Positions 36,557 to 44,658 of a stretch of DNA of 53,721 nucleotides are shown piece by piece; the first letter of the stretch is position 1, and each line of letters starts with the position of its first letter. The DNA lies in the NCBI GenBank assembly GCA_964638195.1, contig CAZXAV010000001.1, positions 1-53,721 of the forward strand, read 5' to 3'. The position numbers and the translations under genes are program-made. The notes below the pieces were generated by a model, which saw only the letters and a list, made by a program, of their open reading frames with translations, made no database searches and was not told the DNA's origin. Source of the stretch: an uncultured Prevotella sp. (GTDB lineage Bacteria; Bacillota; Clostridia; Christensenellales; UBA1242).

Positions 36557-36585
36557 ATTATAATTTTAATATTTGATATCGTCAA
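36557..36585 (-). promoter_or_regulatory. Near-consensus sigma-A promoter of the 2,646-aa gene (TTGACG-17-TATAAT)
   Basis: On the minus strand, TTGACG is at 36585-36580, followed by the 17-nt spacer ATATCAAATATTAAAAT and TATAAT at 36562-36557. It lies in the 72-nt gap after the T4CP stop (36601). GGGGGA SD is 6 nt before ATG 36528. Confidence 0.7.
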
Positions 36586-36600
36586 TCAATTCACCACGAC

Positions 36601-38595
36601 TTACCATTCAAATAAATCGTGACGTTCAGCAGTATTGACACGGCGAATGATAATATCATTACGACGGTGGATGTCATAATAGATGGCTGCTTCATCAAAA
36701 TACTTACCCGGGATATAGATGTCTGGCGTCGGCAACAATTTAATCGCACCCTTATTGATACATTCGTAGAACAAGGTGACCTTACTGCGCAACGGGTGAA
36801 AGGTAAAGCAATACACGAAGATATTACCCGGCACAATATCCAACAATTCATTGGGTGGCAACAACGGACGACTGGCGGTATTGGTTGCGGTTGATTTACT
36901 GCCCCCTTCGGAGTCTTCCTTGGCGGCTTTACCCGTGTTACGGCTGACGGTCGTGCTTTCCGTGGTGATTTCCATGTCCCCCATCAAGTCAGAGAACATC
37001 TTACGTGTATCCGTGTCGTTAACACCGACGAAAACTTGGTGGTTACAGTTGTTACGCACCGTTACGGCGGTCTCTGCCCCGTACGTGGTTTCCAACTGTT
37101 TGTAATCTTGCAAAACCAAGGTAAAGAAAATGCGGCGCGAACGGGAAACCGTAATCACGGTCGCGAAATCGTTAATCTTCGGCATGTTACCAAATTCATC
37201 CAACACGAAGTACGTCGGCCACGGTAATTTTCCGCCGCGTTCGTTCGCACTGGCAACCAAGGATTTATACAATTGCGAAATGCACAATGTTGCCAACGGA
37301 TGACGGACTTTAATTTGGTCAGGAATAATCAAGAAGAACGCGGTTGGCTTTTGTGCAAAGTCTTCAAATTTGATGTCAGTTCCACTGGTGATGTAGCAAA
37401 TACCTTTATCGTTGAACATGGACAATTTTTGGGTTGCAATCCCAAAGAAGTTACGCATGGTGTTTTCAGCATTCGCCGTAACGGTTTGGGCTAACGAAGC
37501 CGCCACCGACAATTTGTCACGACCTTCAAAATAGTTCTTAATCGTTTTGAACATGGCTTGTGGGTCGTTATCGCGAATCGACAGAATTTTGAAGATATTA
37601 TAGAAGTTAAATTTTTCACGGGTCATACCCAAATTCGGGTTCAAGCTGTCTTCCAACATTGCCATCGCAGTACCTTGAATTAAGTCACGTGCGCCCTGTT
37701 CCCAACTGGGGTCCTTTTCATTTTCAATCGGACAAATTGCCGAGCAGATGTCTTTAATGTCGGCTTCGGAATCCGAAATCAACTGTTGGCGTAAAGTACG
37801 CATTTCATTTTCCGCCATATCTTTGTTCGGGAAAGCAATCCCGTTGAAAGCGTACCAAACGGGCGGATACGAACTGGCAATCACACGGAGACCCATTTTA
37901 GCTGGGTCAGCATTTTCATAACGTTTAATTTCGCGTTCCAAATGTTGTGCCCGTTGGAACATATCCCATGGTCGTTCAAACGGATTCCAACGAGAACTGC
38001 GGATGGGGTCATTCAGGTTGAAGACTTGAACGTCATAACCTTGACGACGCAAACTTTCTGCCAAGGTATTGTAGATTTCCCCTTTCGGGTCGGTAATCAC
38101 CAAATTCGGTTTTTGGTTGGAAAAGCCCAACGTATATAAGAATGGGAACACATACCCTTGCGTTTTGGCGGCACCAGTTGTACCCAGAATAATCGAGTGG
38201 TAATCTTTCGGCACCATGTTAATGTGAATGTCACCCCCAATCAATTCAAAGCGTGCCAACGGTCCAGTCTTCTTCAAGGCAGCCAATTGTGAGCCTTTGG
38301 TGTAAATGTAAGTCTTATCACGTTCGACATCCGTCATCCAACGGTTGGAGTAATATTGGGAAACACCTTTCTTTTTTTTCTTTCCGTCAGTCTCCAAATA
38401 CTTGAACAAACCAAAGACCAACAGTCCCAAGGGAATCAACATCATCCCGTACTTAAAAAGATCATCGTTCAAACCAAGCGGACTGAATGTCGAACGTTGT
38501 GCCAACATATTTGATGCCGCCAACAAACACACCGCCAACACAACTAACCCACCAATAATGATGAATGCCCATTTCCCCAATTTTTGCATATTCAT
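36601..38595 (-). CDS. VirD4/TraG-family type IV coupling protein (T4CP)-like ATPase
   Basis: The ORF is 664 aa with two N-terminal TM helices ('WAFIIIGGLVVLAVCLLAA', 'MMLIPLGLLVFGLFKYL'). It has Walker A 'ILGTTGAAKTQG' (38161-38200), the signatures 'VITDPKGEIY' and 'RWNPF', and Walker B 'YFVLDEFGNMP' (37181-37215), followed by 'RSRRIFFTLVLQDYKQL'. This is the characteristic T4SS-DNA_transf/TraG-D layout. Confidence 0.8.
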   Translation of the reverse strand: MNMQKLGKWAFIIIGGLVVLAVCLLAASNMLAQRSTFSPLGLNDDLFKYGMMLIPLGLLVFGLFKYLETDGKKKKKGVSQYYSNRWMTDVERDKTYIYTKGSQLAALKKTGPLARFELIGGDIHINMVPKDYHSIILGTTGAAKTQGYVFPFLYTLGFSNQKPNLVITDPKGEIYNTLAESLRRQGYDVQVFNLNDPIRSSRWNPFERPWDMFQRAQHLEREIKRYENADPAKMGLRVIASSYPPVWYAFNGIAFPNKDMAENEMRTLRQQLISDSEADIKDICSAICPIENEKDPSWEQGARDLIQGTAMAMLEDSLNPNLGMTREKFNFYNIFKILSIRDNDPQAMFKTIKNYFEGRDKLSVAASLAQTVTANAENTMRNFFGIATQKLSMFNDKGICYITSGTDIKFEDFAQKPTAFFLIIPDQIKVRHPLATLCISQLYKSLVASANERGGKLPWPTYFVLDEFGNMPKINDFATVITVSRSRRIFFTLVLQDYKQLETTYGAETAVTVRNNCNHQVFVGVNDTDTRKMFSDLMGDMEITTESTTVSRNTGKAAKEDSEGGSKSTATNTASRPLLPPNELLDIVPGNIFVYCFTFHPLRSKVTLFYECINKGAIKLLPTPDIYIPGKYFDEAAIYYDIHRRNDIIIRRVNTAERHDLFEW

Positions 38596-38622
38596 ATTGT
38601 TTATATAATAATTGAGATTATG

Positions 38623-39426
38623 TTAATTAGGCAACTTGATTTTTTGTAAATCGGTCAGTAACGCTTGCAACAAAGTCACTTTCAAAGAACGACGTGCGTC
38701 ACCTTGCGTTTGAGTGCCAAACATCTGCCATTGCCCCGCGTGCGCCAAGGTGTCACTGAAAAACACAAATTCGGCGAACCGCAGTCCCAACCGTTGTGCC
38801 GCCGCCGCAAAGCCCGCACATTCCATCTCTACCACAACTGCCCCTTGTGCACGACGTTTCGCCGAGCGGGCTGTCGTTTCACGGAACAACGCATCGGTCG
38901 TCCAAGTGATACCCCGCACCACATTCATGCCGCCGCTTTGTAAAAACTTTTCCACCCAAGCGGTCAACTGCGGATTGGTTTCGACATAGACCGATGGTGC
39001 TAAGTAATGGTAACTGGCACCTTCGTCGCGAATGGCTTTCTCGATGAGCACACACGCATCATCGGCAATCTTTGCATCCAACAACCCCGCTGTGCCATAA
39101 GCAATGACGTTTTCAATGCCTAAGTATTTCAATTCTTCGATGACCGCCGTTGCAACAGGGCTGCCCACCGTCATTAAAACAATCAAACATTGGTCACGGT
39201 ATTGGTAAATGGGAATCTTGCCCGAACGACCGTAAACGTAATACAACAAACGACAATCTTTCAACACTGGCTCTAAAAAGGCACGGTCAATGTTTTCGCA
39301 TAAAAACGTACAAATGGCAGTCTTAATCGGCACGTCCAATTTGACTTGCTTTTCCGCGTGCATCGCACGGGGCGTAATGATTGGTTCGTCGTCAAAGAAC
39401 TCGGTAATCGGTGGCAACTGCTCCAT
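38623..39426 (-). CDS. Nucleoside phosphorylase (PNP/UDP-1 superfamily)
   Basis: The ORF is 267 aa. The central 'GTAGLL' and 'VVVEMECAGFAAAA' motifs are typical of the PNP_UDP_1 fold. The start ATG shares one base with the upstream Ppx stop (TAATG at 39424-39428). It is visibly more GC-rich than its neighbours. Confidence 0.65.
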   Translation of the reverse strand: MEQLPPITEFFDDEPIITPRAMHAEKQVKLDVPIKTAICTFLCENIDRAFLEPVLKDCRLLYYVYGRSGKIPIYQYRDQCLIVLMTVGSPVATAVIEELKYLGIENVIAYGTAGLLDAKIADDACVLIEKAIRDEGASYHYLAPSVYVETNPQLTAWVEKFLQSGGMNVVRGITWTTDALFRETTARSAKRRAQGAVVVEMECAGFAAAAQRLGLRFAEFVFFSDTLAHAGQWQMFGTQTQGDARRSLKVTLLQALLTDLQKIKLPN

Positions 39427-40925
39427 TACAAAATTTCCACGTTCTTTTTATAAATTTTGGTAAACTCTTTGCCTAATTTTTGTAATTGGTAAATTTCGGT
39501 CTTAGCGGCATCAACATCAACCTTCATTTTCTTCATGTCGGTTTCGGTAATCAATTTAATAATGACACTGTCACCCAACACATCACATGAAATGTCTTTC
39601 ACCACTTTTTGGTTACGTAAATTGATGGTGTATGCCATTGCTTCGATAATTGCCAACTTACGCACGGCTGCCAAATCTTCTTCGTTCATTAGGTCTTTAT
39701 ATTTGACCCATTCTGATAACATGAAGTCGTCCCAGTTGCGGCAACTGGCAACAAAGGCTGCCATGACGATTTCTTTGTGGCTTAAACCGTACAAGTTCGC
39801 GTTCAAAATTGCGTAGTAGGTAATCTTGTCAAAATTTTGTTTGTTGATGTTTGCGCCCAAATTAAACAGCAAGGTTGCGACTTTCAAAATGCGGGTAAAC
39901 GCACGGGGCAATTTGTGTAAGACTTTTAATTGCATGTACAACGTGCTGGCTAAGAAGTATTGGTATTTCGCACTGTCTAAATCCAAGTTGTTCGCCCAGA
40001 TAATGGTCTCCACACTGTTCAAGCAAACATCGTTGACGGGCTTGTCATCTTCTTGCATCGTCAAATGATGAGCAATCCCCACGTTACGTCCGTGGCGGTT
40101 AATAATGATTTTAGTTAAGTTGGTATAGTCCATGACCGCCAAAGCAATTGACATCCCGTTCATTAAGTAACCGATACCATTCGCCGTAATGCCTTTTAAT
40201 TTAGCACCACGTTCCACGTCCAAGCCTTGCAAGAACGTCAAGATTTCCGCGAAGTGCGTTTTGTCACTGTTATAATTGTGATCCACATCAAACGGATATT
40301 TATTTTTCTTACGGGACAAACGCGCAAAGCCCGTAAAAATTTCGCTGGAACCAATCACAGGGATTTCGGGGTCAATTTGTTGGAACGGCTCACCCGCCGC
40401 TTTCAACAAGTTGTTAAAGTCTTCCACCGAAGTAAAGTTCGCCGCGCCCATCGGAATGGTCGCACTGTTCAAAATCACACGGCGGCAATAATAGACCAAA
40501 CGCGTACTAGAAGTAGAAACCGCAACAATCAAACCTTTCGCAATGTCAATCGTATTAACCACGGCGGTATATAAGGTATTGATTTCTTCTTCTTCGCTTA
40601 ACAATTTGAATTCCAAGTCCAAATCCGAATTGATTTCTTCCAAGAACGAAATGTAGTTCTTGGCGGCGGTCAAGTTGGCAGATGCCACACAGTGATATTT
40701 AGACACACCATTGGCAATTGCTAACTGTTTATACATTTGTAAGATGTTGATACATTCTTTAATTTTAACAGTTTTAATCAATTCGCTGTTGGCTTGTAAA
40801 TGTTGTTCAATCCCAACGTTTTCCGTGTATTCTTTTTCAACTTCAAAATACTTACTTTCTTCAATGCGCACAATCGACAATTTAATTTGATTAGTGCCTA
40901 ACTCCATAATTGCAACTTTTGTCAT
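39426..40925 (-). CDS. Ppx/GppA-family phosphatase (exopolyphosphatase-like)
   Basis: The ORF is 499 aa. The N-terminal 'VAIMELGTNQIKLSIV' resembles the Ppx-GppA 'iDiGSNS.rL.i' phosphate-1 motif. Also present are 'CVASANLTAAKN' and 'EEEEINTLYTAV', with an HD-like helical C-terminal half. The match is divergent. Confidence 0.55.
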   Translation of the reverse strand: MTKVAIMELGTNQIKLSIVRIEESKYFEVEKEYTENVGIEQHLQANSELIKTVKIKECINILQMYKQLAIANGVSKYHCVASANLTAAKNYISFLEEINSDLDLEFKLLSEEEEINTLYTAVVNTIDIAKGLIVAVSTSSTRLVYYCRRVILNSATIPMGAANFTSVEDFNNLLKAAGEPFQQIDPEIPVIGSSEIFTGFARLSRKKNKYPFDVDHNYNSDKTHFAEILTFLQGLDVERGAKLKGITANGIGYLMNGMSIALAVMDYTNLTKIIINRHGRNVGIAHHLTMQEDDKPVNDVCLNSVETIIWANNLDLDSAKYQYFLASTLYMQLKVLHKLPRAFTRILKVATLLFNLGANINKQNFDKITYYAILNANLYGLSHKEIVMAAFVASCRNWDDFMLSEWVKYKDLMNEEDLAAVRKLAIIEAMAYTINLRNQKVVKDISCDVLGDSVIIKLITETDMKKMKVDVDAAKTEIYQLQKLGKEFTKIYKKNVEIL

Positions 40926-40931
40926 AGTGCG

Positions 40932-40960
40932 ATATTAACATAAATTTTTAATTTTGTATA
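40932..40960 (-). promoter_or_regulatory. Promoter TATACA-17-(TGt)TAATAT for the Ppx-phosphorylase(-T4CP?) unit, with leaderless geometry
   Basis: On the minus strand, TGT-TAATAT (extended -10, 40940-40932) is followed by 6 nt (CGCACT) and then ATG 40925. There is no SD. Confidence 0.45.
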
Positions 40961-41028
40961 GACCTTACGCAAAAGTTTTTTTCTTGCTAAAAGCGGCGAT
41001 TTTAGTGTAGACTATCCTTTATAGGTAG

Positions 41029-43716
41029 ATGGAGAAAATGATAATGAAGAAGTTCTGTAAATTGATGGCACTGGTCTTGGTAATGACCTTACTTTTGTTC
41101 ACCCCCAGCACGGCTGTGGCGGTTAGTAGTTTGGCAAAAATCGCACCCGCCGATACATCCGATCGATTTGCTGCTCCATCACAAAGCGCTGCACCCTTTG
41201 ATTTCGTTGCTGTCGATACATATGATTTAGCCAATTGGACAAAACCGAGCGGTACTTATCTCATCTCCCAACAACTGACCGCCGAGAACAATAACAAATT
41301 CTACGAAGAACACAAAGAAAACACCTTAAAAGACCTTTCGGGTCACACGCCCTATGTCATTGCTTCCACAACCAGTATGCCCGCAAGCGGTGGCTACACC
41401 ACCAATGCCATCACCTTGGCTGCTAACGGCTGCTATAAAATTTCGGTGGAATATTGCGTCGTCAAACAAAAAGATTCCGCTGTAAAAGTTGGTGCTTTTG
41501 GTACTTTCTATTTGAACGACGAAGCCATCACCCTACCAGAAAACAATCACGTTTGGAGTACAGCGGTCTTTTACGTCCGTACCGACCAATTGGAAACGGC
41601 AACCGTCACTCCCGAATTATATTTCGGTTCACGTCAAGAAAATGCCTTAGGCTCAATTTATTTTGACAAGTTCACCGTCAATGCCGTCAAACAAAGCACC
41701 TTTGACCAAGACGTTGACGATCCTAACCGTGACCGCAGTAAAACTTATTACCTTAACTTCACCAACAACAGTGCCCATATCTTGGAAGCAGGTGATTTCG
41801 CCAACGAAAAATTTACTGGTATCACTACCGCGAACGCAGACTACAGTAACAGTATTTCTACCGCTGAACTGCCGACCAATTTAGGTTTTCAAAGCGAACA
41901 ACCCTACTTTTACGCCAAAGACAGCGTCACGAGCAACGTAATGTTATTAAAAGCCAACAAATCTGATGTCACGGTAACTTTACAAGATTACACTTTCAAA
42001 CCACGTCCCAACGAAGCGTACATGTTCCAATTCTACTCCATCGCCACAGCAACGGATGATTTTAGCGGTTTTTATTTCAAAATCGGTGACGATGCCCAAC
42101 AAATTACCAAAGTCAATAATTATCCTTACCATAATGGTTGGCAATTAAATACCGTCTTCTTTGTGGCAGGACGCGACTTGAAACAAGAATACACTTTAAG
42201 TTTTAGTTTAGGCAATGGCGGAACAACCACAGGTTGGGCATGTATCGACGATTTCCAAATCTATAAAGTCAACGGCAGTTATGCCACCAACAACCGCGCC
42301 GCTGTTGGCGTTCATAATACGATTGACAAAAATGACACCGACACGGTCTTAGATATTCCCAATGGTTATTTTGAATTAGGTACCGCCGCCGACAATGTCA
42401 ACAAAGACAGCAGTTACCCTTACCCGTTGGTTGCCAACGATTGGACCACCAACACCACCACGAACGGTATTGTCAATTTGCATGCTTCATTGTGGCACGA
42501 CCGTTTCGGTGACAACCCCGGTTCAATTAACAACAACAGTTATTTCGATAATAATCATGTCTACATGATGCACAATGCTGAACGCACCATCAACGTGCTG
42601 ACCAGCCCCGCACTCACGACCACCAATGACGCCACCACTTACGTCTCATTTGATGCTTATAGCAATCTGGCAACAGAAACCCGTGCTTACATTTTATCGG
42701 CGGAAACCGATGATGACGGTAACATGTCCAACGAAATTATCTTAGGCAACTACATCGACATTAACGACAATGGTTGGCATCATTACGAATTTAACATTGT
42801 CGAAGGCGCCTACGCCAACACGCGTAACTATTACTTACGTTTCGTCATGAAAGGCATTGGTTACGCCTACATTGATAATGTCCGCACCACGACCGATGGG
42901 GCTTTCCAAAATGCTTCCGCAGCACAAACCACTTCGGCAGACGTTGACTTAACCAATCCGTTGGCAATTGAAGACCTTTGGCAACCCACCGACGGAATCA
43001 AAGAAAATGCTTGGATTCATAAAACTAACGATGGCTTGAAAATCGAAAACGTCAACAAGCAAAAGACTGTCGTTCAAAATGCTTTCGCCTACAATTTGAC
43101 TGCCGACGATTATTACGAAGTTGTCATCAGCGCGTACGGCAAAAATGCGTATCTTGGTTTCAGCAGTTATGACGGCTTGTTAGAAGTCACCACCGACAAG
43201 TTAGACCCCGAAATGTTATCTGATTACAAATTGTACATCCACCCCAGTGAGGGTGCGACCGCGGTCAATTTCCAAGTGACTGTGGGTTACGTTGGTGACG
43301 ACACCGACACTGCCCCCATTGCCGACGGTAACATTTTTATCAGCAGTATTGAAATTAACAGCATCGACGAAGACGACTTCAATAACGCCAAAGAGAACGC
43401 CACCAGTGACTCACGTTTGAAAGTTTTATCACTGGCGGAAGAAAACGACGACGACAATGATATTGTCTACAACGAACCCGACAACAACTTCTTTGGTGAA
43501 AACTGGTGGTATTTAATTCCCACCTTGATTACAGCAATTGCTTTGCTTTTGGCGATTGCAACTTTCTTGTTCCGTAAGATTAAATTTGAAAAACACATTA
43601 CCAAGAAAACGACTTCTTACGCCCGTGATATGCGCATGAAAAATCAACACAATAAAATTGTTGCCCAAAAGGCCGCAAAAGTAGATAATGTAACAGATGA
43701 GCCGCAAAGTAAGTAA
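41029..43716 (+). CDS. Secreted, C-terminally membrane-anchored protein with four jelly-roll/CBM-like modules (about 890 aa)
   Basis: The signal peptide is 'MKKFCKLMALVLVMTLLLFTPSTAVA'. The likely start is ATG 41044, 9 nt after GGAG. Four modules each end in a CBM-like terminal strand ('IYFDKFTVNAV', 'CIDDFQIYKV', 'AYIDNVRTT', 'IFISSIEINSI'). An acidic linker 'EENDDDNDIVYNEPDNN' is followed by the TM segment 'WWYLIPTLITAIALLLAIATFLF' and a roughly 50-aa basic cytoplasmic tail. Confidence 0.75.
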   Translation: MEKMIMKKFCKLMALVLVMTLLLFTPSTAVAVSSLAKIAPADTSDRFAAPSQSAAPFDFVAVDTYDLANWTKPSGTYLISQQLTAENNNKFYEEHKENTLKDLSGHTPYVIASTTSMPASGGYTTNAITLAANGCYKISVEYCVVKQKDSAVKVGAFGTFYLNDEAITLPENNHVWSTAVFYVRTDQLETATVTPELYFGSRQENALGSIYFDKFTVNAVKQSTFDQDVDDPNRDRSKTYYLNFTNNSAHILEAGDFANEKFTGITTANADYSNSISTAELPTNLGFQSEQPYFYAKDSVTSNVMLLKANKSDVTVTLQDYTFKPRPNEAYMFQFYSIATATDDFSGFYFKIGDDAQQITKVNNYPYHNGWQLNTVFFVAGRDLKQEYTLSFSLGNGGTTTGWACIDDFQIYKVNGSYATNNRAAVGVHNTIDKNDTDTVLDIPNGYFELGTAADNVNKDSSYPYPLVANDWTTNTTTNGIVNLHASLWHDRFGDNPGSINNNSYFDNNHVYMMHNAERTINVLTSPALTTTNDATTYVSFDAYSNLATETRAYILSAETDDDGNMSNEIILGNYIDINDNGWHHYEFNIVEGAYANTRNYYLRFVMKGIGYAYIDNVRTTTDGAFQNASAAQTTSADVDLTNPLAIEDLWQPTDGIKENAWIHKTNDGLKIENVNKQKTVVQNAFAYNLTADDYYEVVISAYGKNAYLGFSSYDGLLEVTTDKLDPEMLSDYKLYIHPSEGATAVNFQVTVGYVGDDTDTAPIADGNIFISSIEINSIDEDDFNNAKENATSDSRLKVLSLAEENDDDNDIVYNEPDNNFFGENWWYLIPTLITAIALLLAIATFLFRKIKFEKHITKKTTSYARDMRMKNQHNKIVAQKAAKVDNVTDEPQSK

Positions 43717-44239
43717 GTTAATTATTGTCTTGGTTGTGGTTGCCATCATCGCCGGTGTGGGTGTTGGCTTGTATTTCCATTACAACCAAGGACCAATTAT
43801 CGGTCGCATTCAATTTGGTCAAAAATATTATTTAACGGAAATTCGTGACACCGAACGATTTGCAGGTGCGACAATCAGCCGTGACAGTTACTTTCAAATT
43901 AACCCAGACAAACAAACTGGCAAACTTTGCTTGGTTGGTTTAACCGCCACCACAACCACGAATCATGATGGAACTACCACTACTGCTGCCATTCCCTTTA
44001 TCGTCACCAACTATAAAGAAGGGGTGAAAAACACCGTCATTGATTTTGAATACATTATTGACAACGGTGAAAAGACCCAAATTCAACACTTACAAGCCAT
44101 CAGCAATAATTCCGAAATTCGCATTAAAGCGGTTGAACCACACAACGTGCAAGTCATTCAACAAAACCCCGACAAAAACTTAACTGAACTCAATTACGCG
44201 GTCACCATTTTGGTGTTCGCAGCAAAGGAGGCGGAATGA
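43697..44239 (+). CDS. Single-pass membrane protein, hypothetical (180 aa)
   Basis: The N-terminus 'MSRKVSKLIIVLVVVAIIAGVGVGLYF' is a signal anchor. The gene overlaps the upstream gene by 20 nt and the downstream gene by 4 nt (ATGA), which looks like an operon. Confidence 0.55.
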   Translation: MSRKVSKLIIVLVVVAIIAGVGVGLYFHYNQGPIIGRIQFGQKYYLTEIRDTERFAGATISRDSYFQINPDKQTGKLCLVGLTATTTTNHDGTTTTAAIPFIVTNYKEGVKNTVIDFEYIIDNGEKTQIQHLQAISNNSEIRIKAVEPHNVQVIQQNPDKNLTELNYAVTILVFAAKEAE

Positions 44240-44658
44240 TGAGACGTCGTGGTGTCAAGATTGCCATTATTTGTGCCATCATTGCCGTGTTGCTGATTGG
44301 CGGTGGTCTAATCATTTATTTTAGTTTCTTTAATAAAACCGTTTACCACGTGACTGGTGTTGACAAGACCGACTACACCGTTGCCGACTTTAAGGCAAAC
44401 TCCGAATTAGAATTTTACAAAAACGGCACTTTCCGTATCCGCATTGAACACAAAGATAAAGGCTTATCCTTAACGGGAATTGGGACTTATACTCTGGATG
44501 GCAAAACTTACCAATTGACCTTTATTCAAGCATTCGGACGTGACACCAATGACCAAGTAGTCAATATCATCGACCAATGCGACAAGATTACTTGCACCCG
44601 TTCGGGTAATCGTATCAAGTTCACTGACCACAAAACACAAACCTTTTATTTTGGGTAA
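44236..44658 (+). CDS. Single-pass membrane protein, hypothetical (140 aa)
   Basis: A strong SD (AAGGAGG) lies upstream. The N-terminus 'MMRRRGVKIAIICAIIAVLLIGGGLIIYF' is a signal anchor, and the ectodomain is beta-rich. Confidence 0.6.
   Translation: MMRRRGVKIAIICAIIAVLLIGGGLIIYFSFFNKTVYHVTGVDKTDYTVADFKANSELEFYKNGTFRIRIEHKDKGLSLTGIGTYTLDGKTYQLTFIQAFGRDTNDQVVNIIDQCDKITCTRSGNRIKFTDHKTQTFYFG

Noticed and set aside
36601-38595. I considered whether the T4CP gene marks an integrative conjugative element or plasmid insertion spanning this region.
   Set aside because: I see no relaxase, VirB4, VirB6 or VirB8-like genes. There is also no integrase or recombinase, no replication or partition genes, no flanking tRNA and no direct repeats anywhere in the 53.7 kb. 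The neighbours are housekeeping genes joined by overlapping start and stop codons. A remnant origin is still possible, but an intact ICE is not supported.
41019-41234. A 71-aa minus-strand ORF overlapping the start of the 895-aa gene.
   Set aside because: It lies antisense to a clear signal-peptide-encoding region. It has no promoter or SD, and its sequence is low-complexity and Ala/Ser rich.
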